DNA of 64,000 nucleotides from a virus (IMGVR_UViG_3300036790_000178:8343-72342); one strand, 5' to 3'; shown: positions 54,345-63,648, counted from the first letter of the stretch. Translations and numbers: made by a program. Notes: generated from the letters alone by a model not told the origin.

Positions 54345-56857
54345 GCGATTACCTGGCATTCCTCGAACGCAAGGTCGCGCTGGCCCAGGCCTTCGGCTTC
54401 GAGATCGACCCGGCCGAGGTCAATCCCCTGCTATTCCCGCAGCAGCGCGACGCGGTCGTATGGGCCGTGGCGGGCGGCCGGCGCGCCCTCTTCGAGAGCT
54501 TCGGGCTCGGCAAGACCGTGCAGCAGTCCGAGATCGTGAGGATCGTGCGCGCGCGCGTCGGCGGCGCTGCGCTGATCTCTCTGCCGCTCGGGGTGCGCCA
54601 TGAGTTCATCCGGGACGGCGCTCGCCTCGGCATCGACTTCCAGTTCATCCGCTCGCACGATGAGATGCGGGCAGGCCACGAGTTCTACCTCACGAACCAC
54701 GACAGCGTGCGGCTCGGCAAGGTCGATCCGGCGCGCTTCTCTGTGGCGAGCTTGGATGAGGCCGCGGTGCTGCGCTCCTACGGTTCTGACACGTTCCAGG
54801 AGTTCGTGCCGCTCTTTGCCAGCGTGCCGTATCGCTTCGTCGCGACGGCTACGCCTGATCCGAACCGGCACAAGGAACTCATCCACTATTCGCACTTCTT
54901 GGGCGTGCTCGACTCCGGGCAGGCCCTGACGCGTTTCTTCCAGCGCAACAGCGAGAAAGCCGGGGATCTCACGCTCTATCCGCATAAGCGGCAAGAGTTC
55001 TTCCTGTGGCTCGCCTCTTGGTCGCTCTGGCTGCAGAAGCCGTCCGACCTCGGGTATAGCGACGAAGGCTATGACCTGCCGCCGCTCGACGTGCAGTTCC
55101 ATGAGGTGGCCGTCGACCATTCGGCGGCGGCAGCGGATCGCGACGGCCAGGGGCAGATGTTTCGCAACGCGGCTCTATCTGCTGCCACGGCGGCGAAGGA
55201 GAAGCGCGCGACGCTCGCGGATCGGATCGGGAAGGTCCGCGAGCTGCTCAGTACGATCGGGCCAGCGGAGCAGGTCGTCATCTGGGCGGACCTCAATGAC
55301 GAGCAGTCCGCGATCGAGCAGGTCCTGGACGATGCCGGAATCAGCTATTCGTCGCTCTACGGCTCGCAGGACATCGATCACCGCGAGAAGCTGCTCACCG
55401 ACTGGCTCGAACGGCGCACGCGGGCCTTCGTGTCAAAACCCGTCATGTATGGCGCCGGCGTCAACCTGCAGCAGTGCAGCCGGATGATGTTTGCTGGCGT
55501 CACGTATAAGTTCTACGACGCCATCCAGGCGATTCACCGCATCTACCGCTTCCTGCAGATGAAGGCCTGCAGGGTGGATTTCGTGCACGCCGAGAGCGAG
55601 CGCGAGGTCGTCACCAACTTCCGCGAGAAGTGGACTCAGCACAACGAGCAGACTGCGGAGATGTCGACGATCATCCGCCAGTACGGCTTGAGCCACGCCC
55701 GGATGGCGAGCGCCCTCACCAGGTCGATCGGCATCGAACGCCAAGAGGCCGGCGGTGAGCATTGGATGGCGGCGAACAACGACTGCGTCGAGGAATGCCG
55801 GGCGATGCAGTCAGACAGCGTCGACCTGATCGTGACCTCCATCCCCTTCTCGAATCATTACGAGTACACGCCCTCCTACAACGACTTCGGGCACACTGAC
55901 GGCGACGAGCATTTCTTCGCGCAGATGGACTTCCTGACGCCGGAACTGCTGAGGATCCTGAAGCCCGGCCGGCTCGCTTGCGTTCACACGAAGGACCGAA
56001 TTCTCTTCGGCAGCGTGACCGGCTTCGGGACGCCCACGGTCAATCCGTTCCACGCGAAGTGCATCATGCACTACCAGCGGCACGGCCTCGCCTTCATGGG
56101 GATGATCACCGTCGTCACGGATGTCGTGCGGGAGAACAATCAGACCTATCGCCTCGGCTGGTCGGAGAACTGCAAGGACGGCACGAAGATGGGCGTCGGC
56201 TCGCCGGAGTACATCCTGCTCCTGCGCAAGCTGCCGACAGATCGGTCGAAGGCCTATGCCGATGATCCGGTCCGCAAGTCGAAAGACGATTACACGCGGG
56301 CGCGCTGGCAGGTCGACGCCCATGCCTTCTGGCGCTCGAGCGGCAACCGGCTGCTCACCGCCGAGGAGCTCGCGGAGATGGGCCCGGACAAGCTCGCGAA
56401 GGCCTTCACGGAGTATTCCACGCGCCAGGTCTACGACCATGAGGAGCATGTCCGCATCGGCGAGGCGCTTGAGGCTCGCGGCGCGCTGCCGGCTACCTTC
56501 ATGGCGATCGCGCCCGGCTCGCATGAGCCTGACGTATGGCATGACGTCGCGCGCATGCGCACGCTCAACGGCGAGCAGGCGCGGCGTGCAGTGGAGCTTC
56601 ACGTCTGTCCGCTGCAGCTCGACATCGTCGAGCGCCTGATCCGCCGCTACTCGAACGCCGGCGAGACTGTTTTCGATCCCTTCGCGGGGCTGATGACGGC
56701 GCCCTATATGGCCGTGAAGATGGGACGATTCGGCCGGGGCGTGGAGTTGAATACGGGCTACTTCCGCGACGGCGTCCGCTATCTGCGCGAAGCCGAGGTC
56801 GAACGCGACGCGCCGACGCTCTTTGATGCGCTCGATGATGGAAAGGAGGTCGCGTGA
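54341..56857 (+). CDS. SNF2-like helicase fused to N4/N6 DNA methyltransferase
   Basis: Helicase motifs FGLGKT, LDEAA, TATP, QAIHRIYRF; methylase motifs VTSIPF and FDPFAGL. Confidence 0.88.
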   Translation: MSDYLAFLERKVALAQAFGFEIDPAEVNPLLFPQQRDAVVWAVAGGRRALFESFGLGKTVQQSEIVRIVRARVGGAALISLPLGVRHEFIRDGARLGIDFQFIRSHDEMRAGHEFYLTNHDSVRLGKVDPARFSVASLDEAAVLRSYGSDTFQEFVPLFASVPYRFVATATPDPNRHKELIHYSHFLGVLDSGQALTRFFQRNSEKAGDLTLYPHKRQEFFLWLASWSLWLQKPSDLGYSDEGYDLPPLDVQFHEVAVDHSAAAADRDGQGQMFRNAALSAATAAKEKRATLADRIGKVRELLSTIGPAEQVVIWADLNDEQSAIEQVLDDAGISYSSLYGSQDIDHREKLLTDWLERRTRAFVSKPVMYGAGVNLQQCSRMMFAGVTYKFYDAIQAIHRIYRFLQMKACRVDFVHAESEREVVTNFREKWTQHNEQTAEMSTIIRQYGLSHARMASALTRSIGIERQEAGGEHWMAANNDCVEECRAMQSDSVDLIVTSIPFSNHYEYTPSYNDFGHTDGDEHFFAQMDFLTPELLRILKPGRLACVHTKDRILFGSVTGFGTPTVNPFHAKCIMHYQRHGLAFMGMITVVTDVVRENNQTYRLGWSENCKDGTKMGVGSPEYILLLRKLPTDRSKAYADDPVRKSKDDYTRARWQVDAHAFWRSSGNRLLTAEELAEMGPDKLAKAFTEYSTRQVYDHEEHVRIGEALEARGALPATFMAIAPGSHEPDVWHDVARMRTLNGEQARRAVELHVCPLQLDIVERLIRRYSNAGETVFDPFAGLMTAPYMAVKMGRFGRGVELNTGYFRDGVRYLREAEVERDAPTLFDALDDGKEVA

Positions 56858-57048
56858 GCACGCAACCGGTCACCGATCAACCGGTCGACGCGTACCGCCG
56901 CGCCCGATACCTCCAGCCCGGCTGCGAGCACTTCCTCGGCCGATGCAAGTGCGCGCCACCGATGTGGCTCCGCGATTTCTCCCCCGCCGAGCTCGCCCGC
57001 ATCGAGCGCAATCGGCTGCCGGGGGAAGGAGTTGAAGGCGATGGGTGA
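56854..57048 (+). CDS. Small hypothetical protein
   Basis: AGGAGG SD; GTGA overlap. Confidence 0.5.
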   Translation: MSTQPVTDQPVDAYRRARYLQPGCEHFLGRCKCAPPMWLRDFSPAELARIERNRLPGEGVEGDG

Positions 57049-57094
57049 GAACAGCGCCATTGAGTGGAGGCTATTCCAATGCCGTTTGGCGTGA
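57041..57094 (+). pseudogene. Orphaned original N-terminus of the DUF5131 gene (MGENSAIEW-RLFQCRLA*)
   Basis: Matches the family N-terminus and the downstream MGSKTTIEW; ATTGAGTGGA repeated at 57059 and 57431. Confidence 0.8.
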
Positions 57095-57420
57095 ACCCGA
57101 TTACCGGGCGTCCCGGCCCTGCGCCGAAACCACCTCGGGCGGGCGATAAGTTGCAGGCGCGGCAGCGGGTAAATGTGGAGGTTCGCACCGGGCATAGACC
57201 TCACCCGAACACGCTCCCTTGCGCCGACTGCGGCCATACATGGGCGCCGGGCGAGCGCCGCCACGAGTACGACCACAATTTGGGCTATGCACCGGAGCAT
57301 CACTACGACGTGCAATCGGTATGCACGATCTGCCATCGGCGCCGATGCGATGAGCGCGGCGAGTTGATCCAGATTCGTGACGCCGTCGGCCGGTTTGCTT
57401 CGAGGTGCGCGCATGGGTAG
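57079..57420 (+). CDS. Small HNH-like endonuclease inserted in the 5' end of DUF5131
   Basis: CADCG......HEYDH.LGY......V..VCTICH; GGAGG SD at 57066. Confidence 0.75.
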   Translation: MPFGVNPITGRPGPAPKPPRAGDKLQARQRVNVEVRTGHRPHPNTLPCADCGHTWAPGERRHEYDHNLGYAPEHHYDVQSVCTICHRRRCDERGELIQIRDAVGRFASRCAHG

Positions 57421-58315
57421 CAAAACAACAATTGAGTGGACTGATTTTACTTTTAACCCCTGGTGGGGCTGCACCAACGTCTCGCCCGGCTGCGACCATT
57501 GTTATGCGGAGTCCTGGGCGCGCCGTTTCGGTGTGAAGTGGGGACCGGCTCAACCGCGGCGGCCGGCGAGCGAGCGCACCTGGAATGAGCCGATCAAGTG
57601 GAACGCGAAGGCCGAGCGTGATGGCGTGCGCCGGCGCGTGTTCTGCGCCTCGATGGCTGATGTCTTCGACAACGAAGGCGACGTGGCCGCGCGTCAGTGG
57701 CTTTGGGAGGTGATCGAGGAGACGCCGGCGCTCGACTGGCTGCTCCTCACAAAGCGGATCGGCAATGCGCGCGCAATGCTGCCCGCCCGCTGGCTCGATC
57801 AGCCGCAGCCGAACGTCTGGATCGGCGCGACCGTCGTCAACCAGGAGGAAGCGGAGCGGGACATACCGAAGCTGGTCGAGCTGCCGGCAGTCGTCAGATT
57901 CCTGTCATGCGAGCCACTTCTCGGACCGATCGACCTCGCGCGCCCGGGCCCGTGGTCGACCTGGTTGCAGCCGTGCGGCTACTACTGCGACCACGATGAT
58001 GAAGGCGGCGGCCATCGACCGGCGCGCAGCCTAATCCATTGGGTTATCTGCGGCGGCGAAAGCGGGCATGGCGCTCGGCCGATGCATCCGGACTGGGCAA
58101 GGTCACTGCGGGATCAATGCGGGTTTGTCGACGTCCCCTATTTTTTCAAACAGTGGGGGCAATGGCAGCCGATCGAATCGGTCGAAGAATCGCGCACTGC
58201 GCCGGCCGGCCTGCTGCATTACGACCGAGTGCACGATATGACCTACATCAGTGCGGGGAAGAAGGCCGCCGGGCGCATGCTCGATGGGCGCACGTGGGAG
58301 AAGTATCCGCGATGA
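57413..58315 (+). CDS. DUF5131 (phage Gp37/Gp68) family protein
   Basis: IEWTD.TFNPWWGCTNVSPGCDHCYA; VFCASMADVF; LLLTKR; SCEPLLG; WVICGGESG; FFKQWG. Confidence 0.92.
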   Translation: MGSKTTIEWTDFTFNPWWGCTNVSPGCDHCYAESWARRFGVKWGPAQPRRPASERTWNEPIKWNAKAERDGVRRRVFCASMADVFDNEGDVAARQWLWEVIEETPALDWLLLTKRIGNARAMLPARWLDQPQPNVWIGATVVNQEEAERDIPKLVELPAVVRFLSCEPLLGPIDLARPGPWSTWLQPCGYYCDHDDEGGGHRPARSLIHWVICGGESGHGARPMHPDWARSLRDQCGFVDVPYFFKQWGQWQPIESVEESRTAPAGLLHYDRVHDMTYISAGKKAAGRMLDGRTWEKYPR

Positions 58316-58899
58316 GCCGCGAGCGACCCATCATTTTCTCGGCGCCGATGATCAAGGCGATCCTGGCGAACCGCAAAACACAGACGCGCCGCATTGTGAA
58401 GTTCAACGACGCGGGGCGCGTTCGGCTCGGCAAGCGCAATTGGCACGTCGACGATCCGGCTGTCACGACGGCATGTCCCTACGGGCAGCCCGGCGATCGC
58501 CTTTGGGTGCGCGAGAACTGGCGCCCGCTGATGGATCATCTGAGCGAGTGCACGGGGCCCGAAGACATCCGCTTTGCCGCGTCCGTCAGCGAGGCCGAAT
58601 GGGCGATCTCGAAGTGGCGCCCATCGATCCACATGCCGCGCTGGGCTTCGCGTATCACGCTAGCGGTCACCGACGTTCGCGTGCAGCGTCTCAACTCGAT
58701 CAGCGAGGCGGACGCCATCGCGGAGGGCTGTCCCGCCGTGCCGCTGCACTCTCTCGACTGCGCATCCACCGCGCCATCGGAGCATTTCCGGCGCCTCTGG
58801 GAATCGATCCACGGCCCCGGCTCATGGGACGCAAACCCGTGGGTCTGGGCTGTTTCGTTCGAGCGCGTCGTCGCGAAGGCACGGAGCGAGGCCGCATGA
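58312..58899 (+). CDS. ASCH/PUA-like phage protein
   Basis: ERPIIFSAPM..AIL..RKTQTRR; GDRLWVRE; WRPSIHMPRWASRI; NPWVW. Confidence 0.85.
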   Translation: MSRERPIIFSAPMIKAILANRKTQTRRIVKFNDAGRVRLGKRNWHVDDPAVTTACPYGQPGDRLWVRENWRPLMDHLSECTGPEDIRFAASVSEAEWAISKWRPSIHMPRWASRITLAVTDVRVQRLNSISEADAIAEGCPAVPLHSLDCASTAPSEHFRRLWESIHGPGSWDANPWVWAVSFERVVAKARSEAA

Positions 58900-59171
58900 C
58901 CCGCTCCGGCACTCCCTACACGCCCTGCAAACTCTTCTACGACGGCGCCGCGCGCGTGGCGATCGGCGACTACCTGCGCACACCCGCGGGGTCGGCCTAT
59001 CTCGTCCAGAAGGTGCGGGTGAACCGAAACCGCGCCTACCGCAAGCATCTCGATTGTGTCCGTTGGCCGCTCGCCGAGATCCCGGACGACGCGACGGTGC
59101 ATCCGCTGCACTGGTATCCGCGCACGAAGAAGCGCGGGCGCACGTTGGCATCACTCCGGGGAAACGCATGA
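58896..59171 (+). CDS. Hypothetical protein
   Basis: ATGA-coupled chain. Confidence 0.55.
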   Translation: MTRSGTPYTPCKLFYDGAARVAIGDYLRTPAGSAYLVQKVRVNRNRAYRKHLDCVRWPLAEIPDDATVHPLHWYPRTKKRGRTLASLRGNA

Positions 59172-59377
59172 GCGAGCAGCTGACCAAGGACCCGCAGCTC
59201 TATTTCCGCCACATCGTACAGATTGCGACGACGAGAGTGGAGAACACTTCGTCGACTCAATGCCATTGGCTCGTGTACGCGCTATGCAACGATGGCAGCT
59301 TGTGGGAAAAGGCTGGCGATGGTTCGTGGTCTCTGATCAATACCACGGGAATCGAGACGAGGAGGATTCACCCGTGA
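59168..59377 (+). CDS. Hypothetical protein
   Basis: IVQIA and YALCNDGSLW phage small-protein motifs. Confidence 0.6.
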   Translation: MSEQLTKDPQLYFRHIVQIATTRVENTSSTQCHWLVYALCNDGSLWEKAGDGSWSLINTTGIETRRIHP

Positions 59378-59787
59378 GCGAGCAGCCGGTCTCAAAGACG
59401 CTGGTCCAACGCCTGCGCGATACGTACGAGCATTGCTGGATAGAGTGCGCACGCATGCAGCGGCAGGATGCAGAGACGCTGCACGAGGTGCTGTGCCTGC
59501 TTGAGTGCACCACTGTCGAGACATCAGCGGTTCGCGTCGCGCTGCAGGCATTCATGGACTTTCAGATTTCCGACTACTTCCGCCAGGCTGATGCAGCGAA
59601 GCATTATTGCGAATTGCGCCGCCAAGGCCGCGCGGCACTGGCAGGCTCGCCGGGGGAAATGACCGCTTGTCCCAAGTGCGATGCCGTCCGCAAGCTGGGT
59701 CTGACCTCTTGTTTTGAGCATAAGCAACCGGTGGAAACGTCCGAGCGCCGGGATGTCATTGCTGATGACGACGGGGATGACCTATGA
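59374..59787 (+). CDS. Hypothetical protein
   Basis: GAGGAGG SD; GTGA overlap. Confidence 0.5.
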   Translation: MSEQPVSKTLVQRLRDTYEHCWIECARMQRQDAETLHEVLCLLECTTVETSAVRVALQAFMDFQISDYFRQADAAKHYCELRRQGRAALAGSPGEMTACPKCDAVRKLGLTSCFEHKQPVETSERRDVIADDDGDDL

Positions 59788-60047
59788 CCGATATGCTCGA
59801 TATGGCCTACATCAACAGCCTGCCGCAGCCGCTCTTTGTGCGCGAGTTCGGGAGCAAGGATTGGTGGTGGCCTGTCTACGACATCGACGTCGAGACCGGC
59901 TGCTATCGTATCGACGTCATGGGGAAACTGGAGGTAAAGCACGTTGGCGGCGCCGCTGAGTTCCGGGACGCCAACGGCAATCTACATCCCGTGGATCTGT
60001 TCTTCAAAGAAGATCCATCGGTGAGCGAGAGAGGAAGTCATGACTAG
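59784..60047 (+). CDS. Hypothetical protein
   Basis: INSLPQP and WPVYDIDVETG..RIDV.G motifs. Confidence 0.65.
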   Translation: MTDMLDMAYINSLPQPLFVREFGSKDWWWPVYDIDVETGCYRIDVMGKLEVKHVGGAAEFRDANGNLHPVDLFFKEDPSVSERGSHD

Positions 60048-60225
60048 AACAGTACGTCATTGCGAGAACTGCGGCGTCGAGATCGATCCGATCGAGAAAT
60101 TGCCCGGCGATTTCATCGTCTGCGGTAGCCGCGAGTGCGCGCGTGCTGAGACTCAGGTCTATCGCGAACGCGATGCCGATGCGCGAGAGCGCGCTGAGGC
60201 CGACAACTACGACGCGTATCGGTGA
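60040..60225 (+). CDS. Small Zn-ribbon protein
   Basis: CENCG and CGSREC motifs. Confidence 0.55.
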   Translation: MTRTVRHCENCGVEIDPIEKLPGDFIVCGSRECARAETQVYRERDADARERAEADNYDAYR

Positions 60226-60228
60226 GGC

Positions 60229-60435
60229 ATGACCCAGTTGAAACTCACCGTCTGCAACCGCTGCGGCCATCGCGCTCTGGAGCACGAGTTCGAAGGCATG
60301 GACGTGCAGATTTACGACCAGGACGGCACCGGCAGCGATGCTGACAGCTACGCCCTATGCAATCCCTGCACGGATGCGCTGCGCGTGTGGCTCGTGTCGA
60401 AACCGATATCTGAGGCGAATAGAGGTCAGAAGTGA
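60229..60435 (+). CDS. Small Zn-ribbon protein
   Basis: CNRCG and LCNPC motifs. Confidence 0.55.
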   Translation: MTQLKLTVCNRCGHRALEHEFEGMDVQIYDQDGTGSDADSYALCNPCTDALRVWLVSKPISEANRGQK

Positions 60436-62198
60436 AATCACCGATCCCCGAGGCTGCCCTCGCGCAGCACATCGCCGTACTCGGCAAGACCGGCAGCGGC
60501 AAGAGTTACGCCGTGCGCGGCGCTGCGGTCGAGCCGCTGTTAGATGCCGGTGCGCGCGTCTGCATCATTGACCCGACAGGCGCATGGCATGGACTTCGTT
60601 CTAGTGCGAACGGCTCGCGGGCCGGCTACCCGGTCGTGATATTTGGCGGCGAGCATGCCGATCTGCCGCTGGGCGGCGCGCATGGCGAGGCGATTGCAGA
60701 GGTGATCGGCACCTCGAGCACGCCGTCGATTCTCGATACCTCGCTGATGAAAGTGAGCGAGCGCACGCGCTTCTTCGCGGACTTCGGCGATGCGATCATG
60801 CGCAAGAACAAGGGGCCGCTTCATCTCGTGATTGACGAGGCGCACCTCTTCATGCCGCAGGGGAAGGTTCCATCGCCCCAGGCCGGTGAGATGCTGGCGG
60901 CCGGCAACAACATGGTGAGCGGTGGTCGCTCCCGCGGTCTGCGGATCATCCTGATTACCCAGCGGCCGGCAAAGCTGCACAAGGATTCCCTCACCCAAGT
61001 CGAGACGCTGATCGCCATGCGGCTGATCGCGCCCCAGGACCGCCAGGCGGTGGAAGACTGGATCGAGGACAACGCGGATGAGAAGAAGGCGGCCGAGATC
61101 CTTTCCTCCCTCGCGATGCTCAAAACCGGCCACGGCTGGATATGGGCTCCCGAGATCGGCGTGCTCGAGCGCGTGACGTTCCCGAAGATCAAGACCTTCG
61201 ACTCGGGCCGAGCGCCCGATGGTTCAGAAGCCGATGCCGCGAAAGTGCTGGCGCCGATCGACCGCGAGGCGATTGCGCAGAAGCTGCAGTCGGTGTCGGC
61301 AGCGGCGCTCGCCGATGATCCGAAGCGGCTGCGCGCGCGGATCGCGGATCTCGAGCGGCTGAACCTCGCCGCCGCCACGGAACCGCAGACTCTCAAACCC
61401 GCCGAGACGCGCGCCGCCCAGGACAAAGGCTTCGAGATCGGCTATGCCGCTGGCTACAAAGAAGGCGCCGAGGTCGGCCGCCGACGTCTGATGGACAAGC
61501 GCGCCGACTTCAAGGATCTGCGCGGGCGCGTGCATCGGGCGCTCGATACCGCATTGAACGAATGCGCGCCCACCGAGGCCGATGAGGTGCCGAAGCCGGC
61601 CGTGCCGGGGCCATCTGAACGGCATATGCCGGTCATAAGCCGTGCACATGCCAGGGATATATCCCGGAAAGATCCCGGTAGTTACCCGGTTAAAACCCGG
61701 GTTCTGACGGGGGCGAATGGCGCCGGTGACGCCGACCTCGGCTCCGGCGGCAAGCGGCGCATCCTCACCGCGCTCGCTCAGTACCCTGGTGGTCTGTCCG
61801 CCCGCAAGCTCTCAATCCTCATCGACATGAGCCCGAAGGGCGGCACCTGGCGCACCTACATGGCGGAGCTTCGCGGGAAGGGCTGGATCGACGGCCGTAA
61901 TGATCACCTCACGATCACGCAGGGCGGCGCGGCCGCGCTCGGCAGTTGGGAGCCGCTCCCCACCGGTGACGGGCTGATCCAGTATTGGCGCCAACGGCTC
62001 GGCGAGTCAGGCAAGCGAGCCATCTTCGATGTCGTCGTCGACGCGCACCCGCGCGCGATCGCGCAGGAATCCGTCGCTGAGACGACTGGCATCGCGATCG
62101 GCGGCGGGACGTGGCGGACCTATCTCGCGGAGCTGCGCGGGCTCGGCCTCGTCGAAGGGCGCGGGGAGCTCAGGGCGAGCGAGGACCTCTTCGGGTAA
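60432..62198 (+). CDS. HerA/DUF87-family P-loop ATPase with two C-terminal winged-HTH repeats
   Basis: GKTGSGKS, IIDPTG, VIDEAH, GRSRG and TQRPA motifs; two copies of GGTWRTY.AELRG.G. Confidence 0.85.
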   Translation: MKSPIPEAALAQHIAVLGKTGSGKSYAVRGAAVEPLLDAGARVCIIDPTGAWHGLRSSANGSRAGYPVVIFGGEHADLPLGGAHGEAIAEVIGTSSTPSILDTSLMKVSERTRFFADFGDAIMRKNKGPLHLVIDEAHLFMPQGKVPSPQAGEMLAAGNNMVSGGRSRGLRIILITQRPAKLHKDSLTQVETLIAMRLIAPQDRQAVEDWIEDNADEKKAAEILSSLAMLKTGHGWIWAPEIGVLERVTFPKIKTFDSGRAPDGSEADAAKVLAPIDREAIAQKLQSVSAAALADDPKRLRARIADLERLNLAAATEPQTLKPAETRAAQDKGFEIGYAAGYKEGAEVGRRRLMDKRADFKDLRGRVHRALDTALNECAPTEADEVPKPAVPGPSERHMPVISRAHARDISRKDPGSYPVKTRVLTGANGAGDADLGSGGKRRILTALAQYPGGLSARKLSILIDMSPKGGTWRTYMAELRGKGWIDGRNDHLTITQGGAAALGSWEPLPTGDGLIQYWRQRLGESGKRAIFDVVVDAHPRAIAQESVAETTGIAIGGGTWRTYLAELRGLGLVEGRGELRASEDLFG

Positions 62199-62202
62199 TC
62201 CG

Positions 62203-62412
62203 ATGACCGACGATCAGATGTCCCAGATCATCCAGAAGCTGCCGCGCCTGCAACGCGCGGTCTTCGTGATGGCGATCGTCGAGGGAAAGCCGCTCGATGA
62301 GGTCGCGGGCGCGCTCCGGATCTCCCGGCGTCGGGTCGACAAGAGGCTCGCGCGGGCGATCAGGAAGTGCCAGGAGCGGCGTGACGGCGCCGAGGACGCG
62401 GCGTGTTCCTGA
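62203..62412 (+). CDS. Stand-alone sigma-70 region 4 (ECF-type) HTH protein
   Basis: LPRLQRAVFVM...EG...DEVA..L.IS...V.KRLARA. Confidence 0.7.
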   Translation: MTDDQMSQIIQKLPRLQRAVFVMAIVEGKPLDEVAGALRISRRRVDKRLARAIRKCQERRDGAEDAACS

Positions 62413-62615
62413 CCCCCTCAGAGATCCAGCGCCTCACCGGTAAGACGCGCCACAGCGCCCAGATTCGCTGGCTGAGGGCCCGGGGGTATAAGATCGACGT
62501 CAATGGGCTGGGTGAGCCCATTGTTCACGTCCGCGAGGCCAATCGAAAACTGGTCGGCGGATCGGTGTCCCGAGAACAAGAGCCTGACTGGGGAGCCATG
62601 CATCGTGGGGCGTAG
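62403..62615 (+). CDS. Excisionase-like DUF4224 protein
   Basis: MFLTPSEIQRLTG......QIRWL...G, GEPIV and EPDW motifs; directly before integrase. Confidence 0.85.
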   Translation: MFLTPSEIQRLTGKTRHSAQIRWLRARGYKIDVNGLGEPIVHVREANRKLVGGSVSREQEPDWGAMHRGA

Positions 62616-63648
62616 ACGCCGTGCGGATCTGCATCTGCCGAAGCGGATGTATCAGCGCCGCGGCAAGTTCTACTTCGACTCGCCGGCGACTGGCAAGTGG
62701 GAGCCGCTGGGCGCCGACTATACCGCCGCGCTCGCGCTCTACGGCAAGCTCGCCGGCCCGATCTGGACCGGCCGCTGCTTGGCCGACGTCTTCACCCGGT
62801 ACAAGACCGAGATCACAGCTCTCGCCGCTTCCAAGGGCGCGCGCGAGAACGAGATCCGCACGCTCGATCGCTTCAGCCGCGTGTTCGGGCATATGCAGCA
62901 GGACAACCTCACGCAGCAGCACTTGTACAAGTACATGGACGAGCGCATCGATGAGCGCCCGGAATTCATCGAGCAGAAGCGCCCGGCGCCGTCTGCCGGT
63001 CGCCACGACGTCCGGTTCCTGAAGAAAGTGCTGACGAAGGGGATCAAGTGGGGAGTCGGCACCGTGAATGCCGTGCTCGGCCTCGAGTTCGATCCCGATC
63101 CGAAGAACGAGCGCGACGTGACGGATGCGGAGTTCGCCACGGTTTATGCCCTCACCAATGAGCGGGTGCAGATCGCGATGGAGCTCGCGCGCAACATTGG
63201 GCAGCGCCGCGGGGATCTGCTCAAGATTAGGCGCGAGGATCTGACGGCCGAGGGGATCCTCATCAGCCAGGGCAAGACGAAAGCGCGGCTGCTCATCGAG
63301 TGGACGCCGGCGCTGCACGCCATCGTCGATAGAGGTCTTGCCATGAAGCCGGATATCCCGCGCGACTACGTGCTGAGGTCACGCAGCGGGCAGCCCTACA
63401 CGAAAGACGGCTTCAACGCGATCTGGCAGCGCCTGATGCGCAAGGCGACGGCGCCTGGCAGGAACGGCGAGCCGCCAGCGCTTGCGGCACGGTTCAAGTT
63501 CCACGACCTGCGCGCGAAGGCTGCCACTGACAAGGCCGACCTCGAGACCGACGAGGAGGCGCAGAAGCTACTCGGGCACCGCGAAGTGAAGACGACCCGC
63601 GGCTACATCCGGCACAAGAAACCGACGCGCGCGAGGCCTGTCCGATGA
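62605..63648 (+). CDS. int: Tyrosine integrase
   Basis: GQRRGDLL (R), QGKT (K), FHDLRAK (HxxR), LLGH and terminal Y; probable GTG start at 62605. Confidence 0.95.
   Translation: MGRRRRADLHLPKRMYQRRGKFYFDSPATGKWEPLGADYTAALALYGKLAGPIWTGRCLADVFTRYKTEITALAASKGARENEIRTLDRFSRVFGHMQQDNLTQQHLYKYMDERIDERPEFIEQKRPAPSAGRHDVRFLKKVLTKGIKWGVGTVNAVLGLEFDPDPKNERDVTDAEFATVYALTNERVQIAMELARNIGQRRGDLLKIRREDLTAEGILISQGKTKARLLIEWTPALHAIVDRGLAMKPDIPRDYVLRSRSGQPYTKDGFNAIWQRLMRKATAPGRNGEPPALAARFKFHDLRAKAATDKADLETDEEAQKLLGHREVKTTRGYIRHKKPTRARPVR

Noticed and set aside
57069-57440. Insertion considered as a group I intron or intein
   Set aside because: Almost all 372 nt are HNH coding sequence, leaving no room for a ribozyme core. 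There is an in-frame stop and no intein termini.
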